64,000 nt of DNA. It comes from an uncultured archaeon. GTDB taxonomy: Archaea; Asgardarchaeota; Lokiarchaeia; Sigyniarchaeales; SOKP01. Location: assembly GCA_964508365.1 (NCBI GenBank), contig CAZDTP010000017.1, positions 1 through 64,000 of the forward strand. Direction: 5' to 3'. The notes beneath the pieces are model-generated. The model was not told the DNA's origin. It made no database searches and saw only the letters and a list, made by a program, of their open reading frames with translations. This document shows positions 58,632 to 64,000 of the stretch, piece after piece (positions within the stretch are counted from its first letter, which is position 1; each line of letters begins with the position of its first letter). The position numbers and the translations under genes were made by a program.

Positions 58632-60019
58632 CCCGGACTCACCAACGCATTTTTAGCTCTAAGGTAACTACCTCCAGATGTAACGGGAACCATATCTTCA
58701 CTACCTTTTCCACACGTTCCTCCATCTAATTTCAAGGTATCCTTACTTACAGCATCGATGTTTTTAAGCATCTCAAGAACATCTCCACTTAAAGCAGTTG
58801 CTTTAAGAATCTTAGTTTTTTCTCCATTTTTAATAAGGTAACCCTTTTTCGATGTGCATTGCATGCCTCCACCAAGTGGATCCTCCATACCAAAAAATCC
58901 ATGAACTAGCATTACTCCATCTTTAATTTCTGAAATCATTTCTTCTAGTTTGTAATCTCCAGAACCAAAATATGTATTTGACATCCTAACATTGACAGGA
59001 TGAGCAAAACTTTCTCGTCTGCCGTTTCCTTGCGGTGTAGCTTTAAGTTCTGATGCTGTTCTTCTATCATATATAAAGTTTTTTAATATCCCATTTTCAA
59101 CTAAGATGTTGTGCCCAGCCTTTATTCCTTCGTCATCGAAAAAGTATGAACCTAGTTTCTTCTCTAATGAAGGGGTGTCATAAATTGTGCATATTTCAGA
59201 CGCAACTTGTTTATTAAGGTGTTGTTTCAAATAACTACGGTCTCTAAGTATTTGATCTGCTTCCAAACCATGCCCAAAGCTCTCATGAGCAATCAATCCT
59301 GCCATTTGAGAATCTAAAATAATAGTATTCCTTCCTGAAGGTGGCAACTCAGCTTTTAACATCTCAAGCGAATTTTTAACTACTTGATCTAAAATCCTGT
59401 TTTCGATTGAATCGAAAATCTCAAATCCTATTTCTCCAGATTTAACGAAATAATCGTAATCTACTACGGATCCTTCTTTAGCAATAGGTACAACGAAAAC
59501 ACGAGTCCTTGGAATTACTTGCCTTAATTTGCATCCTTCGTTATTAACGAATATTCGTTCAATTAGAAGCTCTAAATATTTCACTTGGACATTAATAATT
59601 CTTTCGTCAGCATTTTTGACATATGTATAGATTTCTCTTACTCTTTCAATCTTTTCATTAATCGGGACGTTAGCAGGATCAATCTTAGATTTAATTTCTT
59701 TATTTAAACTCCAACCGTCGAACTCAGAGATAAGGTTTCCTTTATTAGATACTTTCGGTATTTTTGTTTTAATAATATTCATATCTCCATTCGCTTCAAA
59801 TGCTACTTCTTTCCATGAACCTAAAAAACTACGGGCGACAATGCCCGATTTTTTAGTATTTACTGAAAAATTCTCAGCGGAAGGTGTTTTTACAATAGTT
59901 GTAGATGAAATAGAATCGTATAAGATGTCAAAGTATTGATCGCTTCGATTATAATTATTAGCTATCTCTTCAAATTGAGTCAAAATTTCATCATGTGATT
60001 TATTACTCATAATAATCAC
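58628..60019 (-). CDS. tldD: TldD family metalloprotease
   Basis: AHESFGHGLEAD (HExxxH), FDDEG, GNGRRES, RMSNTY, CGKG. Confidence 0.92.
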   Translation of the reverse strand: MIIMSNKSHDEILTQFEEIANNYNRSDQYFDILYDSISSTTIVKTPSAENFSVNTKKSGIVARSFLGSWKEVAFEANGDMNIIKTKIPKVSNKGNLISEFDGWSLNKEIKSKIDPANVPINEKIERVREIYTYVKNADERIINVQVKYLELLIERIFVNNEGCKLRQVIPRTRVFVVPIAKEGSVVDYDYFVKSGEIGFEIFDSIENRILDQVVKNSLEMLKAELPPSGRNTIILDSQMAGLIAHESFGHGLEADQILRDRSYLKQHLNKQVASEICTIYDTPSLEKKLGSYFFDDEGIKAGHNILVENGILKNFIYDRRTASELKATPQGNGRRESFAHPVNVRMSNTYFGSGDYKLEEMISEIKDGVMLVHGFFGMEDPLGGGMQCTSKKGYLIKNGEKTKILKATALSGDVLEMLKNIDAVSKDTLKLDGGTCGKGSEDMVPVTSGGSYLRAKNALVSPG

Positions 60020-60170
60020 TATTTTTCAAATTAAAGTTAATATTACATAATTTTTAATTAAATAAAATTAATGTAGAATAATATAACTTGAAATAAATAA
60101 GTTTAGATGTTTTGTTCTTTTAATTTTCATGTATCTACTGATGATAATATCATTGATCAGCACCTTAATT

Positions 60171-61100
60171 TTACACAGATTCTAAATCTCGAGATATCTG
60201 AGCATCTGCTGGTTCTTCTGAATTTTCGGAATTTTCCTCTATATCAGTTAATCTTCTTTCTAATATACTCATTGTCTCAATTATGTTATTAATTGTATTT
60301 TGAATACCTTTTACTCCATTTTGAAGTTCACCTATTTGGTCTAAAATGAACGAATTGACATCGGATTTTTTAACTGGTTCAACCAACCAAGAAAAAATGT
60401 TATACAAAAACTTCTGATTGTCTAAGGTATTAATCCCTATATTATCATCGCTACAAAAAATATCTATATCACCTAAAGCAATAACTTTTCCCTGACCAAA
60501 TTTAGCATAAGCTGCAATGATGTGCTGTTGCTCTTTATCTTTTTCCCACTCTTCTAACGAACTGTTGTAGATTTCTGACCAATTGTTCAATTTATTGGTT
60601 TCTAGAATAGTTCCAGCTCCCTTTTTTAAATATAACGAGCATGTTCCACCAATTACTACCTCTCTTATTCCATTTAAAAAGTCAATATCCGGAAACTCGT
60701 GAATATGTAAGATGCTTGAACAATTCTGGTTTTTTGGGTTTTGTTCTTTTATGAGATTCTTCTCAAATAAAAATCCAAAATGATTAGCGATATCATTAAG
60801 GTTTGTTTTTTGAAGATAATCTGATCCATATTCGGAAATCATAATTAACGCCCCCCCGGTTCTGATATAATTAACAATGTTATTGATCTCGATGTTTGAA
60901 AAGTAATCGTCAATGGGATTGCCCAGAACTAAGATATCAACATTTTCCAATACTTTTTTCGTTAAGTCTTTGTTTTCATTTTTCTTGATCTTTAGATTTA
61001 GGTTTTGAAGAAGTCTTAAAAACTCTGAAAAATCTGATAAATCAATATCGAGCATTTCGTTATGGTTCAAATCGAATAGAATCGTTTTTTTCGGGAGCAT
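60171..61100 (-). CDS. GIFT-domain (GldG/IFT52-like, class I GATase fold) protein with C-terminal coiled coil
   Basis: ILFDLNHNE, LENVDILVLGNP..FSNIEINNIVNYIRTGGALIMISE, NLNDIANHFG, GKVIALGD..F..N..FLYNIFSWL. Confidence 0.65.
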   Translation of the reverse strand: MLPKKTILFDLNHNEMLDIDLSDFSEFLRLLQNLNLKIKKNENKDLTKKVLENVDILVLGNPIDDYFSNIEINNIVNYIRTGGALIMISEYGSDYLQKTNLNDIANHFGFLFEKNLIKEQNPKNQNCSSILHIHEFPDIDFLNGIREVVIGGTCSLYLKKGAGTILETNKLNNWSEIYNSSLEEWEKDKEQQHIIAAYAKFGQGKVIALGDIDIFCSDDNIGINTLDNQKFLYNIFSWLVEPVKKSDVNSFILDQIGELQNGVKGIQNTINNIIETMSILERRLTDIEENSENSEEPADAQISRDLESV

Positions 61101-61285
61101 TTTTACTATAAATGTGATAAAAATAAGCCTATAAATATTATTCTAAAAATAAAACATTAACAGAAAAATTTTATAAACTTTAAAGAATAATCCTTTTTGG
61201 ATTATAATTTTGATTGTAAAATCTAATAATAATCTCCTACTAAATATTTAAAACGAGCAAGGTTAAGAAAAGTAATGGATTGTGA

Positions 61286-62599
<1,314 letters not shown>

Positions 62600-62660
62600 T
62601 TTAACATGTATTTTTTTTTACTTTTTTAAACATTTTTAAGGATAATTTTTACATCATTCT

Positions 62661-62677
62661 TAAGCTTACATAAGCTT
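62661..62677. promoter_or_regulatory. TAAGCTT-ACA-TAAGCTT tandem/palindromic motif upstream of the phosphate uptake genes
   Basis: 10-bp-period direct repeat read directly from the sequence. Confidence 0.25.
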
Positions 62678-62752
62678 TTTTATAGAGCAAATAATAAATA
62701 GAATATAAAAAAAGTAATTATTTCATAGTAAGAAATTCATAACATATGGTAT

Positions 62753-63406
62753 GTGAATAAAATGAAATTGTTAAAAGAAAAGAAAAATGAATTAGATGAA
62801 ATTAACAAGGAATTCTTAGCTGAAATATTAAATGGCTCCGCACTCTTACATGAGGCGCTCTCAACTTTTATAAATGACAAATTAAAGAAGGAATCATTAG
62901 AAGGCGTCATTCAAACGGAGAAAAAATGTGATGAACTTAAAGATAGATATACTCAGGTTCTTTTTAGGGATAAAAGAGCCCTCCCTTTTTTAGTTGAAGA
63001 CAGGTATAACATTCTGATGATGATAGATACCGTAAACGATAAAATGGAGTTTTTTTCAAGGTTTTTGCAGGTGTATCCTTTCAAACTTTATAAGGAAATC
63101 AAAGACGAATTCACAAATTTATACAGCGCATGCAGTCAAGCTGTCGAAGAGCTAGTGAATTGTGCTATTTTAATTGAAACTGATTTTGATGGTGCTTACA
63201 AAATAACATATAAAATTGAAGAGAGAAAGAGAGAAGCGCGAACAGCTAAGTTTAACTTACTCGAAAAAGTATACAAAATGAAAGACGATCCCACCAAAAT
63301 ATACTTAACTTCAAAATTAGTGACATATATATATGATATTGTAGCGTGGGTTGAGGAAACATCAGATTATCTGAGAGGATTGATTATTAGATACCCTACT
63401 AGATAG
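62753..63406 (+). CDS. DUF47 / PhoU-like phosphate transport regulator
   Basis: EKKCDELK, LPFLVEDRY..IDTVND, IEERKRE, IYDIVAWVEETSD; directly upstream of PiT; likely ATG at 62762. Confidence 0.8.
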   Translation: MNKMKLLKEKKNELDEINKEFLAEILNGSALLHEALSTFINDKLKKESLEGVIQTEKKCDELKDRYTQVLFRDKRALPFLVEDRYNILMMIDTVNDKMEFFSRFLQVYPFKLYKEIKDEFTNLYSACSQAVEELVNCAILIETDFDGAYKITYKIEERKREARTAKFNLLEKVYKMKDDPTKIYLTSKLVTYIYDIVAWVEETSDYLRGLIIRYPTR

Positions 63407-63425
63407 AAATGGATGGATGAGTAAG

Positions 63426-64000
63426 ATGGCGTTAGAATACATATTGATCATATTTTTAATCATAAGTCTAATAATCAGTTTTGCAATTGGCGCTAACGAT
63501 GAAACGATGGCCCCACTTTATGGATCACGAATTCTTAATATTAAACAAATTCTCATCTTAGCAGCGATTTTCGCTATCGCTGGAGCAATATTATTAGGGG
63601 AAGGTGTTGCTAAATCAGTAGGTGACAAAATCCTTTTATTAGATTACGAAACTCTTAGCATTAGCCAGGACGCTGTTGTTATGACCATTTTGATTTCAAC
63701 TGCCATTGTGTTAATATTATCTAGCGCTTTAGGGCTTCCAATTTCGTCAACTCATGCTACAATAGGAGGAATTATAGGATTAGGGTTGTTATTGGGGGGT
63801 GGAGAGGGTGTAAATTGGAACACAATACTAGAAATGAGCATTTGGTGGTTAGCATCTCCGGTAGTCGGCTATACTGTGACATATGGCGTTGTTAAGGTTC
63901 TTAATAAACATAAACTCAAGCACTTAAAGGGATTCCAAGCCTATGAAAGATCAGAGAACAAGTATTCCTATGTAATCTTAATTATAATATGTATTACAGC
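63426..64000 (+). CDS. Inorganic phosphate transporter, PiT family (partial, runs off the window end)
   Basis: Manual translation MALEYILII..FAIGANDETMA..GLPISSTHATIGGIIG; not in the ORF track. Confidence 0.88.
   Translation, partial: MALEYILIIFLIISLIISFAIGANDETMAPLYGSRILNIKQILILAAIFAIAGAILLGEGVAKSVGDKILLLDYETLSISQDAVVMTILISTAIVLILSSALGLPISSTHATIGGIIGLGLLLGGGEGVNWNTILEMSIWWLASPVVGYTVTYGVVKVLNKHKLKHLKGFQAYERSENKYSYVILIIICIT

Overview
AT-rich (roughly 30% GC by eye), gene-dense archaeal chromosome segment. It most likely comes from an Asgard archaeon of the Lokiarchaeia/Promethearchaeia; this is inferred from the archaeal uL16/L10e, Cdc6/Orc1, XerA and type-A RNase P RNA together with candidate eukaryotic-signature proteins (arrestin-fold, MglA-like small GTPase, PCI-domain, GIFT/IFT52-like). 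It is mostly core and catabolic genes: a sugar/sulfate-ester locus (UroD-like, GH94-like phosphorylase, sulfatase, GPH transporter), a B12 acyl-CoA mutase operon with isobutyryl-CoA-mutase residues, grpE/dnaK/dnaJ, rnpB, hppA, a glycyl radical enzyme (GRE) and its activase flanking a beta-oxidation trio, two TrxB paralogs, xerA-cdc6, tldD/pmbA, purA and DUF47-PiT. I found no CRISPR array, rRNA, tRNA or IS element. The best leads are (1) a nested inverted-repeat array with a 9-6-9 recombinase-like core directly upstream of xerA, with xerA next to cdc6 across a 15-bp direct repeat (candidate Xer/dif or origin module); (2) an unassigned GRE + activase + tandem split-barrel protein + sulfatase module; (3) an arrestin-fold protein beside an MglA-like GTPase; (4) ICM-type mutase specificity. 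Several features are missing from or truncated in the ORF track: RNase P RNA, a rubredoxin-like miniprotein, an amber-interrupted Pr6Pr gene, two gene remnants, an oxidoreductase with a probable ATT start, and a partial PiT gene. All family assignments come from motif recognition, not database searches.
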